A stretch of 64,000 nucleotides of DNA from the human T2T-CHM13v2.0 reference genome, Homo sapiens, in assembly GCF_009914755.1 (NCBI RefSeq), contig NC_060930.1; one strand, given 5' to 3'. Shown piece by piece: positions 29,255-45,255 of the stretch. Below the pieces are notes generated by a model. That model was not told where the DNA came from, did no database searches, and worked only from the letters and a program-made list of their open reading frames with translations. The first letter of the stretch is position 1, and each line of letters begins with the position of its first letter. The translations under genes were made by a program, and so were the position numbers.

Positions 29255-29655
29255 AATAGTGACATGTCAGTACAAAGGGAATACTGCTCTACAATAAGAA
29301 GGAACACGCCACAGATACATAGCATGGATGAATGTCAAAAACATTGTGAGAGAAAAATGCCTGAACAGGAGAGTAACTATTGTTTGATTCCATTTCTGTG
29401 GAATTCTAGAAAAGGCAAAACTAACTTATGGCAACAGGAAGCAGATCAGCGATTGCCAGGGGTGATGGGGATTGGAGGAGGTTGACTGCAAAAGGGCAGA
29501 AGGGAACTTTTCAGGGAAATATGAAATGTTTTATATCTTAATTGTGGTGGTGCTTACACTGGTGTAAATATATTTGCCCAAATTCGTGTAAGCATATGCT
29601 TAAAATGGGTGCAGTTTTTTGTATGTAAGTTACACCTCATAAAGTTGATTTGAAC
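29255..29655 (+). mobile_element. Old L1 (L1ME/L1MB-like) 3' UTR fragment
   Basis: catggatgaatgtcaaaaacatt..tgattccatttctgtggaattctagaaaaggcaaaactaa..gaaatgttttatatcttaattgtggtggtg..gtaagttacacctcataaagttg. Confidence 0.8.
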
Positions 29656-30730
29656 CGAAAAAAGGGGTTAGAAAAGGCTGTGGTTGGAATTTTTTGTGTA
29701 ACTTAAGGCCAAATAGTCCATTTACGCCAGTTTTTACAGTATTGTAAGCTATGCCCTTTGTGTTCACATTTCTTCAGTTACTCCTTTATTCGTCATCACT
29801 TAGGAGACTTTGCATCTCATCTGCCTTCCTCCTAGCTCCATGATTTGAGCAATAGAAGTTCTTGGCTTTCAGGAACCTCACAGTTCTTGTTAGTCATAAG
29901 CAAGAATGCATTTTAAATTCACTTCAAATTATTTTTTAAGTAGGGGTTCTGGTGGTTTTCTGGAATGGAGGTGTGGTGGAAGCTTGAGTGTGTGTGGGAA
30001 GAGGCTGGGTGTTCCTCAGATCATTGTACCATGCTTCCTCACACCTGTCCAAGCTTCTGTGCGAATACTGAAATAAAGTGTCATGAATTTTGCTTCTGGC
30101 ATTTGTCGGCCACAGCTGTGGCTTCGGGTTGCACATTTGTTGTGGTTTCAGAGTCTCTGAGAAGCCATTGGTTGGGAGGGCGCTAAGAATGGTTGGTGCA
30201 CGTGGTAATTGAGTGCTTAAGGGGAGGAGGATGATTCTTAGTGCACTCATTGCTCTCCAGTCTTTATCTCAATCCTGTTATAATTTAGAGAGACGTTTTC
30301 CTGGTGTGTCCACAGAGAGATGGATGCGTGCTTAGGAATGCATAATTTAGTGAGCAGTTTGAACATCTAGATGTTGGGAATATTGTTGAGTATTTATTTT
30401 TAAAGTTCAAGTTCTCCATGTCTAGTCAGTGTTAGCCTGTAAGAAAGAACTAGTTGTTCTTAATGGATCATGTTAGCTGGACTTGGTACAAGTGTTTTTT
30501 CTTAGAAGGGAGGATTACACGTTTATAGTAACAAGATGTTCTTTTATTTCCTAGTTTATCAAAAGATTGTGAAATAGGGTGTGCAGATATTTTAGGTAGT
30601 ACTATTTTTTAAATAGATGAGCTTGAAAGAGTGAGAAAAGGTTGTGTCAGGTTAATTGGGCTTAAGGAAAGCTAAATAATTGGTGGGAGAAGGAAAAGTA
30701 AATATTAATTTTTTCCTTTGCTGTGTATTT

Positions 30731-31366
<636 letters not shown>

Positions 31367-34059
31367 TTTGCTGTGTATTTCTTTTGGACATCTTTTGGCT
31401 TTGTGTTTGTGTAAACTTTGAGGTTTCTTAAAACTACCAAAGCAGTGAGGAGAAGATGGCAGAAAGCTGTGTGCTGATATTCTTTTTCCTGTTTCTTGTT
31501 TTTCCCTCCCCCAAAAGTTGTGGAATTAATTTTAAGTAGAAGGAAAAGGGCAGCTTGAGATGTTTAAATTTGACTTAAGTTTTAACTGAAGTTTGTTTGC
31601 AAAAAGATGAAAACGGGTTAATAACTTTAGAGAAAAAAAGGAGAGTCCCTGTTCTTCTCCTTCCTCTTTTAGGGAGAGTTGTAGAATAAAAGGTTGATTT
31701 CATACTCCTAAGGTTTGGAAGCCAAATAAAGAAAACAAAACTGTGAAGTTAACATAGTAGTTTTGGTTTCTTATTTGTAGAATAAAGGTATGATCCAGCC
31801 CCATGGACCAAGGCAGCAGGAGGAGAGTTCCCAGGGTTTTTCTAAGGTCAGAGGCATGCAGCATTTTCTTCCCTCCTTCCCTGCCTCAGCCACCTCTCCC
31901 TCCCACCTTTACCTCCCGCTAATGCTTCTTTTGGGCTTGCTTGGGCCATGTTGTTTTGTTTTGCTGCTTTTTGAACTCTAAAAATATAGGTGGCAAATCT
32001 CAGGTCTGCCTTGCAGGGAGTGGCCCTGGTCTTTCCGGACCCCTTGTGCCCCATGGCCCTGTGGGTCTGGTGTGTCTCAGTGACCCAGTAGGTGTAGGGC
32101 AGAATGGCTAGGCACTGGCATGCCCATTCATCCCCAAATCGGGCCTTGTTGAATGTGGCACAGCTCCAGCTCTTTCCAAACATGACTCCTGCCAGTCCCT
32201 ATGCTGTGAGATAAGAATGGGCTACACCTAAGCAAAGTTTTGTAGGCAGCTCTCCCTTCCTTTATGTGCTTATGCAACCTTTTCAGCACGTTGGTACCTA
32301 CGTGTCAGGGACAATGTGTGATTTTGGTGGAGATGCTTATAATCCAAAGTATTTTCATGGTGGTTCCCCAAACAACACTAGGCTCAGATTTCAGTTTATC
32401 CTCCTAATATTAATGTTGTATTCAAGGATAGATTTTTCCCTCCCAGGTGTGACTTCTACTCTTTCTGCTCCCCCTCCCACAAGCAGCTGGATTTTGCAAA
32501 AACTCATCAAGCTACAGGTTGTCGAGGCCTAAAACATTCTTATTTCTGTTGAGCTTATGAGAGGTATGAGCATAATTGTGTTTTTAGGTAGTGATGTGGA
32601 ATGCAAATTGAATTTTCGGAAATACTGGGAAGTACTTCTGAAGGAGGAGGTAGAGAGAAAAAACTTTTCATTGTAACTGTGACCTCTCCCTTCTTCAGCT
32701 TAAGCTAAATTTAGTGACACATAGAAAAAGTTTGGGGCTTATGATATTGAATTCATTTCCCAAGCATACTCATTGTTTTGTAAGAAATGCAACAAAGTTT
32801 TCATTTTTTAATAACTCGGCAAAGGTACTGGGTACAGGGGACCCCTTTGCCCTTTCATTGAGACCATTTACATAAGTTTTTGTAGTTTCTGTAACTTTTA
32901 TTATTTTATGTTCTCTCTCATAGAAGTGTATGTTTCTGGAAGGAAGGCGATTTGTTAATACAAATCCTAAAGATAGATTGTTTACCCTTGAAAAGAAAGG
33001 ATCAAAGAAAGCAAAAACCATATAAAATCTGCCTTCCTACATTTCCCATTCCTAAGACTTTAGGATAAAATCTCCTCTCCTGTTTTAAGTCACTTCTGTC
33101 TAAGGGAGTTTTTTTGCACACAACATGAAATTAGTGACCTCTGTGTTTGCACGTGGTTATGAGGGGCCTGATGGTGTTCAAATGCCAAGCTGCCAATTTA
33201 CCTTGTTAGTGATGAGTTTGATAATTCTGCCAGAAATGGACTTTTTACATTAATGGGCCAAGTATAGAATATTTTGAGATTCAGTAAGAAATATTTTAAT
33301 GGTGGCAGGCCCTGGTCCCCTTCATTCTGTCAGACTGCCCAGATACTGCTTCCTTCTTGTCCGTTTTGTTTAAACTTTCCATTCATATTTTTTTCTTCCT
33401 GAAATGTTTCTTTATTTTGAGGAATGCCCCCAAAGCTTATAACCTGTCAGTGTGCATTATTTTACCATGAAGGTCAAATGCTTTATTTTCTACCTTTCTC
33501 TTCCCCATCCTATTATCCCTTAGCATTGAAAACATTTTTATAGTACTATTTTTGTTATTGTTTCCCAGTGGTTTTTGAGGAATAATGGACCTGTTTGAGG
33601 AAATGTGTGTTGCCTGATCTCTAGAAAAATGTGGTTACCTAAGACATTTTGCATGTGATTTGGATATGATTTCAGGGGCTTATGGACCCACTAAGTCCCA
33701 TCCATGGACTCCTGGTTAATGGCCTAAATGAAAAAAAAAAAAAAAAAAAAAAAAGTTCAAAGTAAAAGTAGTAATGTGGACTCAGAGGTATAGAGGGGAA
33801 AATGTCCAGATTACTTGAAAAGTTATGGGTTGTTGAATGAACATCTCCTCTAGTATGTTTTGTAAGTAGGGAAGGAAAACATTTGTTTGCCAAGGGAATG
33901 AGAAAGTTTAAGCAGGAAATGGAAATCGGAGATGGGTCACTAAGAAGCAACATTTAGAGGAAAGTGGAAGGTAAATAAATGTGTACCTGTCCATAGGCAA
34001 AGTTACAGGCAATTTGGGAGAATCCAGAACACTAGCCTAATTACACACTGTGTTTAAAA

Positions 34060-34305
34060 AGTGATCTGTGGTTTAAAAAAAGGATCTGGAAAATACTTAA
34101 TATACACTGTCACCCTTTAGGGACTTCAGGATGCGTACCAGCAGACTGAAGCCCATAAGTCCTGCAGTAAAGAAACCTGTTTTATATTGTTTAATCCATC
34201 ATATCCCAAACAGTTGCAGCTCAAAGGGATGCTTTTTTTTTCTTTTTTCTTTTTTTTAACAGAAAACAGTTATCAGCAGAACATACTTTGGGAAATAAAC
34301 TGTTG
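34060..34305. mobile_element. Old hAT-Charlie relic (MER103C-like)
   Basis: aagaaacctgttttatattgtttaatcca..tcccaaac..agaacatactttgggaaa resembles the recalled MER103C end. Confidence 0.4.
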
Positions 34306-37300
34306 GACTAAATAAACTAGAGTCTTATCTAACTCTTTAGAGTCTGAAGTGTGGATGGTATCTTGAACCACAATAAGCAGAGAAAATCCCAAAGGACTGG
34401 AGAGAAAATTTACTCTGGAGATGGCAGCAGCTAAGTGAGAACAGAACTTGGCCATACAGTTGTGTCTTAACTTGTCCCAAAAGGGAAGTGCCAGAATGTG
34501 GGTGATGCCATTGGGCTATGTTAGAGACACATCAGCTCAGAGGTTGTATAAGTTGTTTCCATGGCTAGATGAGAAAGAGAGCCAGACCTAAGAGTGTCCC
34601 CTTGAGCCATTAGAAACAGTGTCACCCCAGAGATTTACTCTTTTCAACTTCTCTGTCCCCATTAAATCCAGAAGCACACCAGGCTGAGAATGGGTAATAG
34701 GCTTAAGCACAAAGAAATTGCTTATGATTCTGAATGTGGAAGGCATCTTTCTTTTCAGCTATGAGGATGCTCATTTAAGAGAAATTGCTTTCTTATTAAA
34801 CAGAATGATTGTGCTTTTTTTTTAATTGGATCAGAACATCCCCATGCTGCCTTGTGGTATTTGTACCTAACAAATGGATAATGACTATGTGAAATTATGG
34901 ATTCTGTTGGCTAAATTTAAGCTGTCAATACAGGGCAAAAGGGTACTTTGATTCCATTACACATTGCGTTACCAGTCTCCAGAGTCCATGGGGTTAGGTA
35001 CTCCATGTTTTAATATGTTTCAATAACTTTTTTATACTGACGTCTGCAGGCTTTGGTAACTCATACTGTAGACCTGTATGTGGCTGTGTCCAGCTGCAGC
35101 ATGTGAGGTAGCCAGAGAGCTATTTCAGGAACAAACAGAGCTATTTCATGTTTCCTCTAATTTGTAATAAGCACTTAGGTCTGCCTGACTCTTGAGATGT
35201 ATCACAGAGTTCATCACACGCCACCTATTGTAGTACTAAAAGGTACTAAAATTAGAATTCATGCTTTTGGTGTTTTAAAATTAGCGATTCTTTTCCCTCT
35301 GTTGAAGCTATATATATTTGTTAAATAGTGTCTTTTAAACCCATAAATTCTAAGCTAGAATTGATGAACATTCAGATTAAAGCAAGCAAGAAAAAACTTA
35401 ATAAAAACAAAATTCCTCTCACGGAGTTTGAGGTTCCAGTGATTTAGTGGGTCATGTGTTTTCCATTAAGGATATAGTTCCCATGCAGTTAATAATGTAC
35501 AACACTGTGGGTTCTCTCTGCTTTAATCTTTGCCTTCTTCCTCCCTACTGTCCCCTCTTCCATCTCCCTCAATTGGGGAGGGGAAAATCCCTGTGCATCT
35601 TTCTGTTCTTTGTAGAATTTGTTCCTTGGTAGTTTCTTCATCAACTTGAGTCACCTCAGCCCTAGAGGAGGAATGGATTAGCTGAATTCTGCTGACTTGT
35701 TGCTACCCAGCTCTGCTGATAGGGACATTTGTAGGGTGGGGATGACAGGGGATTACCAAGCAGTTGCTGAGTGATAAACTGAACTGAGGCAACCACAAGC
35801 AGGATACATAAAAAAGAACCACTGGCACGCACTGACCCATTGCTCTGAACCAGCTGTCTGTGCTGGGCCCTGGTGGGAAATGGAGGGAAAAAAAATCTAG
35901 AGCTTTCTCTTGAACAAAGTTACGCACAACATGAGTCAGAAACAAAATTTTAAAAGGTCTGGGGCTGTACAGATTTTGTTGTGGGGAGGGGAGTGTTACA
36001 CATTTTATGATGATTGACTTACTGGAAATTCACCATCATGGAAACAAAAATTTAGGGAAGAATTCTGAATGTGTTCTGGGAAGCCTCTCATTCATGACAT
36101 TGGTTTGGCAGACAAATGGCTTCCAGGAATGCCTACCCAGGGCATTGCTTTGTATGGCAAGATGTGGATGGTTGATAACTCCTTGACCTGGTGGTCATTG
36201 GAGACTGCCCACCCAGGGCAGGGGTGTCTGTATACCCCTCACCTCCTTCATGCTGACTTAGCATGATGGCCGGCAAGGAGTTTCTCTAATTCTTGTCTGG
36301 GCATATTCTTTCTCTTTCCCTTTTCTTTTTTTATGCAACTAATAAAAAGATTGCTAACACTTATTACATAGGAAACTTGAGATGTATACAGAGTTCTAGA
36401 AAATGGGATGAGAGCTGTTTTTATTCCTAGACCAGAGTAACTTTGTGAGAGCAAGCTGTTTTTTATTCCCTGTCCTCCACCTTCCTTTCACTCTGTTATT
36501 ATTCCTGTTAATAAGTAAATGACCCTTCTGAATTGAAACAGGGTTGGGTCTGCTCTTTAAAAACATAACCTTTTTATTGGGATTTTCTTTAAGATAGGCT
36601 AATTTATTAAAATTAAAAAATCTTGCTAGGTATTAACTTTGTTGCTTATCTAAGACCAAGAAATATATTTTTATACATCTCAGCTCTCACCTATGTCTAG
36701 AATGTTGTATATGTGTGTAGTTTGTGGATTTATGTTTTGAATACATTATTTCTTATTTGAACGGTGCTCAACATTGTATTTAGGAAGCAGCATAGTTGAA
36801 GATGATGGGATTTTCATAATGCTTCTTATAATGACCCCTCACTTAGTATGTGCCTTGCCCTGGGGCTCAGTGAGAGGGTTGTGTTTCCACAAACATGCTT
36901 CTTCGTGGTCTTTTCCATTATGGTAAGCCATAGAGGCTTTCCCGGGCTCAGTGTGCCAACTTCTGACTGCAAATGATCTCATTTTCTAAAATCTTTCTCC
37001 CATTCTCCTTTAAGAAAAAATCTTAGTTATTAAAAATCTGCCTCACAAACTTAGAAATGCTTCAGAGTAAGTATCTGAGAAGCAAGCCCACCCCACATCC
37101 ACCATATATCATCGTTTCTGTTAAGGGCCATCCCATTTCTTCAGACAAATTCTATCTTCTTCCTCCCATCCCACTTACTTTTGACTTTGAAGGTGGATTA
37201 TCTCATCTCAAATTTCCTTCCAGAATAGAACCACATTTCAGCAAAATATTGGGTGGCTGGTTCTTTTCTTCAAGACCCACCTGCATCTGTGTTGGTCCTC

Positions 37301-37610
37301 TATGTGAGGAAGGTCCTCTATGTGAGAAGATCTGAGGGGTAAGCAGGTTTTAATGGACTAAGATTTTTTTTATATGTATAAGGAGGGTGGGAGGAGGATT
37401 TTAGAAAACTAGATCCATTGGCCTGCAGTTAGAAGTCGAACACTGAACTTGGGAAAGCTTCTGTGGCTGACCGCGAGGAAAAAGACTACTTTAGTGACTA
37501 CTGACATAACCTGGTTTGTATTACCTGTGAGGACTAGCTTCACACAAATTGATGTTCCATCGATATGAGCCTTTATAACTTTATTTCCTCCCATTATAAA
37601 ACTATGTGTG

Positions 37611-37977
<367 letters not shown>

Positions 37978-38310
37978 CTATAATTCTGCAATCAATTATT
38001 GTTAATTTTTTGTGTGCATATTTCCTGGTTGGTTGATTGGAATGATAAGTAAGATTTTAAAATCTGGTTTTCACTTAAGCCTCAGGTACTTTGTGGTTGA
38101 ATGTCTTGGCTAATTTTTATAAGGGAAGAAGGATTATGAATACTTTTATGTCATTAAATAATCATCAATGACTTCAAACATCTTATTTTTAAATAATTGT
38201 AGAAGTTGTGGGAAATAATGCAGAGACATCCCATGTACCATTATCTAGTTCCCCTTGTGTTAATATATTGCAAAACTGTAGTTCACACAACCAGGATATA
38301 CTGACATTGA

Positions 38311-38625
<315 letters not shown>

Positions 38626-38631
38626 TCCTAG

Positions 38632-39021
<390 letters not shown>

Positions 39022-42000
39022 TAATCTGCTCTTCATTTTTATAATTTTGTCATTTCAAGAATGTTACATAAGTGATCATGTTATATCATACAGTATATGG
39101 ATTTTTGGGATTGACTTTTTCCATTAAGCCTGATTTCCTGGATCCAAGTTGTTACACATCTCAGTAGTGTGTTCCTGTTTGTTACTCAGTAGTGTTCCAC
39201 TGTATGGCTAGGTTACATTTTATTTATTCACTCATCACTCAATGGACATTTGGGTTGTTTTCAGTTTGGGGCTATTTTGAATAAAGCCTTGTGCTATGAA
39301 TATTAATTTACAGGTTTTTATGTGAACGTAAATTTTCATTTTTCTGGGATAAATGCCCAATGACTTCATTTTAATGATGGCAAAATATTTCATTGTATGA
39401 AATAAATATTTCATTAATTTAGCTGATTTCTTCTAAATGGGTTGTTAAGGGTTTTTCCCCCTAGTTTTTCTGCTGTTATAAATATCACTGATGAAAATAT
39501 TTTAGGTAAATCTTAATGTATATCTACTTTTATTTCTAGAAGTGGAATTGATGTCTGAGAGCATACAGAATTTTAAAGCTTTGCTTTTTCTAGTCACTCT
39601 TTTTTTTCTTTCCTAAAATCTTCCTAAACTCCTACCATCAATGTATGAAAGTGCCCATTCTCATACCCTTGCCAACACAGAGCATTATTACTTTAAAAAA
39701 TCTTTGTAAATTTCTGCCATACGCCTGTAGCAGCATAACCTAAAGCTTCACTGTAAGTTTTCCAATCCCACTTGGCCTAAGAAGATCTTTCAGAGTAACA
39801 GAGATGCCACCAAGATCTTGTTTTTTGCGTGAAGTTTGGGACTCTGCAGCTTCATAGAACCTCAGAGGATTTGGTCTAGAATGGGGTAAAGAATTACAGG
39901 AAATCACTGAGTTTTTGTATGTTGCTGCTGTCTGTTATTTGTCCCTCATATTTATCCAGAAGGAGGCAAGTGTGCTGTCATAAGCAATAGCATTAAAACC
40001 AAACCAAAAAAAAAAACCTTTTATTATTAACAAAGGTTATTTTTTTATAATAGATGTGGATAACTTTTTATAAAGGCCGATTAATATAAGCAATATAGAT
40101 GATTGTGTACATGTGTCTTTCTGTGTGTTTTGTATTATAGGAACCTATTTTGAAGCTCTTAGAGCTGAGAGTTAAGTGGTCTTTTAATGGAACTGCTAAG
40201 ACAAGGTAGAGTAGGAGATACTTTTCTTCCCTCTTTATGCTGAAGTGTTTTAGTGTTTCTGTCTGTGACTAGGCAGTAACTTTGAAAGGAATAAGATAGG
40301 GTTAATAACATATCTACTAAAACTTGGAAAATATACTATATTTTCTGAGATAAAAATCTTTGGATTGAAAATTACTTTCTGGTGGAATATGGCAAACTGA
40401 CATTCATTCAATGTAAGACTTTTTTTCCCTCACTTTTTGTGTTTTCATCTGTAGTTTTTTTTTTTCTTTTTTACCTGTGGTACCATTTTTAAGGTGAATC
40501 AGGCCAGTTTCAGCAAAAAATGGTTGTACTGTTCATCACTTCAGTAGAAGGTAGGATGACTTCGATGAGGTTGTGCTCAGTAACTTCTCTGGTGCTGAAT
40601 TAGTGTCCTGTGACAAAGAAGGATCCCATTCTTACAAATAAATGAATAAAGGAGACTAGCAGAATCTGGCATTTCTCTTTTTAAAAGTTTATAATCAATT
40701 ATTCATTCAGTCATTCAAGTACCTTCTACATGTTTGCAGCTAAAGACTAATGAGTGTAATTAAACAAGTGGATCAAGTAAAGCATCAGCCATGAAAACTT
40801 TTCACTTTCTCGGGGATGATAAAGGACCCTCCTTTTTTTCCTTGTCATATTTTCCAGTTTATCATGATTCTTATGGTATTGGTGATTTTAACTTTAAGTG
40901 TCTAGAAAATTTACGCACATTTTGGCCTAGGAAAGAAAATACAGTATTGAAGAACAAGTTGAGGATCTCCAGGTATTAAATATAACCTGATTTCCAGAGG
41001 AACTTGATATAAAGAGGATAGGACTCTGCTAATGGGGAGAGGAGGGAATCATTGTTGGGGTTTTGGGTAGAGCATCTTCTTTGAACTAATCCTGGACAGC
41101 CTTTCCCAAACTGAGGGTGTGCCATCATTTCCTTGAGGGCAGTAGAAGGCCCTGAGAATCTATCTGACAGCATTATTGAAGCTCAAGAGTTTAGTTCTAT
41201 TTTTTAAATAAAAATTTCCCAGCATGGTACATTAGACAATTTTTTTTTATTTAAAAAGAAGTATTTTTGTAATGATCTTGGAAATATCTATAGGTCCAGG
41301 AATTCCTAGAATAATTTTTTTACTATGAAATTGCCTAGGAATGGTGACTTAAGCTACTCTGAAATAATATGGTATTGAGGATGATCACATCCTGCAAACA
41401 ACTGCAGCCTCAGACTACTTTGACTAAAAGGATTCTAATGTGAGTGGTTGGAAGGAAAGGAGGCAGCATCAGGCACAATTTATTGAAGAGGTCAGAAGTA
41501 GCTAGAGGAGAAACCAACTTTTTACTCTTAAATAATCAAGATTTTTATGTAGATATTTTAGGAAAGATATGGTCATTAAAATTTGGAATTATGGTGAATG
41601 AAATAAGTAATAAAGAAAAACTGGAAAACGACAGTACGCACTGTTAATACATTTCTTGGTGACTAAATGAGGTGAAAGTCATTGGGTTCCTTTGCCCTCT
41701 TCAGTGGCAGGTTAAGTTTTTATGGCTTATTATACCTTTGGATGATTGTGTAGAAGAACTTCCTGATATATTTTTTTTCTTTTCGAATTTAAAGGTAATT
41801 TAACAGCGACGTGCCTTTGCCTGAAATGAGTAGAAATGTTATATGACTTATTAGTATGTAATATTACTTCTGACACTGACATTTGTGAACAAGGAATAAT
41901 CAGTTTGCTTTCTTGTTCATTATTATGTTTTAACAAGAAATAAGTGTTACAGTGTTAGAGTCTCTACTAGAACTGAATTTGAACAACAACCAGTGAATGC

Positions 42001-42412
42001 AGCCAAAGAAAACAGCCAGTTTGGATGTTTCAGGCCCCCTCAACTTTTTGAAGGTTGGGTTTTTTTTTTCCTTGTTGCTTTTTGCTTTTCAGTTTGTTTG
42101 GTTTGGACCCTTTTTTAAGTATTTGAAGGATTGTCTAAGCTTAAGTTTATCCTTATGGAGATGCCTTCACGTGGGGCATCTGAATGTCATGAGTTTGGTG
42201 ATTCTAAGCCTTCCCGTTTTGTGACTTGGCTCACTTATGGAGTGTAAAGGCCCTATAAGAAGAGAGAAAAAGGTATTTGAAGTCAAATGTTTCTGTTTTG
42301 CAAATTTACTTTATACTGTTCCACCACAGGATGTGGCCTCTTGGCTTTATTAATTTTTATTTTTAAGCTTAAGATGTTGCTTAGGCCAAAATAAACTTTT
42401 TAGTTGAGATAA

Positions 42413-42764
<352 letters not shown>

Positions 42765-42804
42765 CTACTATTTTTTTTCATTTTATTTTTGCGATTTTGA
42801 AAAC

Positions 42805-42990
42805 TATTAATAATTTCTGAGCATTCACTATGTGTCTGACACTACTGTGTCTTTTACATACAGTATTTCTAATCTATACCTTGGAAGTTGCTCATTTCTC
42901 AGAAAAAGAAACAGGCCTAGATCAATTAAAAGCTTGCCTCAAATGACACTTCTGGTAAATAAAGAGTGGGATTACAGGTCTGATTTCAGA
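42805..42990 (-). mobile_element. MIR relic
   Basis: tttctgagcattcactatgtgtctgacact..ttttacatacagtatttctaatct..gaaacaggcctaga..cttgcctcaaatgacac..caggtctgatttc. Confidence 0.6.
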
Positions 42991-44517
42991 AATGGTTCAG
43001 GGATGATTAGAATTATCCTAGAAGGGAAAGATTTGTTTGTTTTGTTTTGTGTTAGCACAGGGAATATCAAGATGTTTCTTGTTTTGATTACCTGCTTAGA
43101 TAAAGCAAGGGAACAGGCCAGGAGGCTGAACAGTTCTGAGAGGGAGGCATGGAAATGCAGCATGAGGCAAATTCGCATGTAGGACAGCAAATTAGATGAA
43201 AATTAGGTTGAAGGGAGAAGTCACAAGATCCAATTATTTTGTTCAATGTAGTGCTTTCAAATCACTCAAAAGACCAAAAAAAGTTTTATTTTGTCATGTG
43301 AGCATGTGATCCTGGATAGTTAATTGCTTTGCAAATTGTCATTGGTAAAATGCTTTGGAGGTTTTTATGTAAGAGTTACAAGTAAATTAAAATAGTTTGT
43401 GCCACAAAGAAACTTTGGTGCGAAACAGAACAATTATAATTTAAAAGAGGTGGGGCAGTATGAGAAAGCAACTAATTTGGTATTAAAGGTTTGAAGACTG
43501 GAATTCTGTACAGTATGCTGGGAGACTCATCAGAACCTCTTCCCTGTTGTAAATAATGTTCTTGTCAGTTAATGCCTAATTGCTGCTCTTGCCTAGAAAT
43601 CCAGAAGCTTTGGAGATAAGGAGGTCTCTCTGAATCCAGTTCCACAGTATATCAGCCCCTTTGTTCACCCCATAGACTGTACCCTTCCCAAGGGCGGTTT
43701 GTTGGCAAGTCTGTCTGGTAGGGCGGTGTTTTCTGCATAGTAATCAGGCCTCTGCAATTGTGATATTCCTCCCCTTCCCCCTAAACTCTTTGGGTTCTTG
43801 ACACACATGGCAATGCCACTGGTATAACAGAAAGTCAGAAGGAGAAAAAGAGAAAATGTCTTCTCGAGTTCCAAGTGTCTGCACAGCCTTGCCAGACTAT
43901 GATTAAGGCTTATCTACAGGAGACTGCATGAAAAACTTTCTTCTTCTCTTCCCAGGAAGCAAGCAGCCTTGTGAACAAGCAGGTTTAGAAAGCCAGGAAC
44001 TGACAAACTTTTCTAGTCCTTTTGCCAGCCTGTTCTGCTTTTACCAAGAGTTTAGTGACAGGACTACCTGTTTTCAATAGTTAAAATGTATATTTTGATC
44101 ACCTTTAGCACATGCTACCTTGCACAGCTCTTTTTAAAGCCTTATGTATTCTAGCTATTTGACCACTGTTGTGTGTGATTTTCATTTTTGATGCCTGATG
44201 TGACAGGAGGGGGTGAGGATGGGGGTCCCATAAAGATGCAGAGTAAGTTGAAGAAGACAATGCTTGTCCTGCCACCAGATGTCTCTTGTTTTTATTTTTG
44301 TTTTTGTTTTGTTATATGTAAAAACAAATGAACCCTTGGGATATTAGGATATTTCGGAGCAAGGTGTTGTCACTGTTTCTCAGACTTGGGGAATTTAGAA
44401 CTCATAGACTTTTTAATTATTAACTTGTATGTTTTGTCTTTCATACCTGAAAGGTCGTACTTAGGAGATGAAAGAATTTTTATCCCAAATTGAAATGTCT
44501 TAGAAGAATAATATTTC

Positions 44518-44813
<296 letters not shown>

Positions 44814-45119
44814 GAAGAAGGAGTTTCTGTACTCCCTTCAGAAACTTGCTTCACTGATATTTTCTTTTCTGATCCTGGAAAGGTTACATGTTTTGAAAAT
44901 GGAATTGTAAAATGTGCTTGTTTCTAACCCTGTTTTTCTTGCTCTGTTTAGATGTCTAGATGATTATGGATACATTCTTTTCAGTCTCTAAAGTCTGAGG
45001 GAGTCCCTGTATCCTAATTTTTCTGCCAGCTGACATGTAGTAGAATATAAGCATCCTTCTGCCTTTAGGGACTTGCAGATTATATTCTTTGGATGGCTTA
45101 CTTCAGATGCTAAGGACAA

Positions 45120-45255
45120 AATTTATTCATTCACTCAATAAATATTTATTGATGCTTACTGTGTGCCAGCTCCTGTTAGAGGGTTGGGGAATAAATACAT
45201 CAGTGAACAAAAGATAAAATCCCCCTGCCTAAAGGAGATCCCATCCTAATAGAAA
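45120..45255 (-). mobile_element. L2 3'-end relic
   Basis: ttattcattcactcaataaatatttattgatgcttactgtgtgccag..cagtgaacaaaa..cctgcc. Confidence 0.7.

Noticed and set aside
33731-33754. Isolated poly-A tract (others at ~12725 and ~60281)
   Set aside because: No attached retrocopy body or clear TSD; treated as simple homopolymers that could cause oligo-dT mis-priming.
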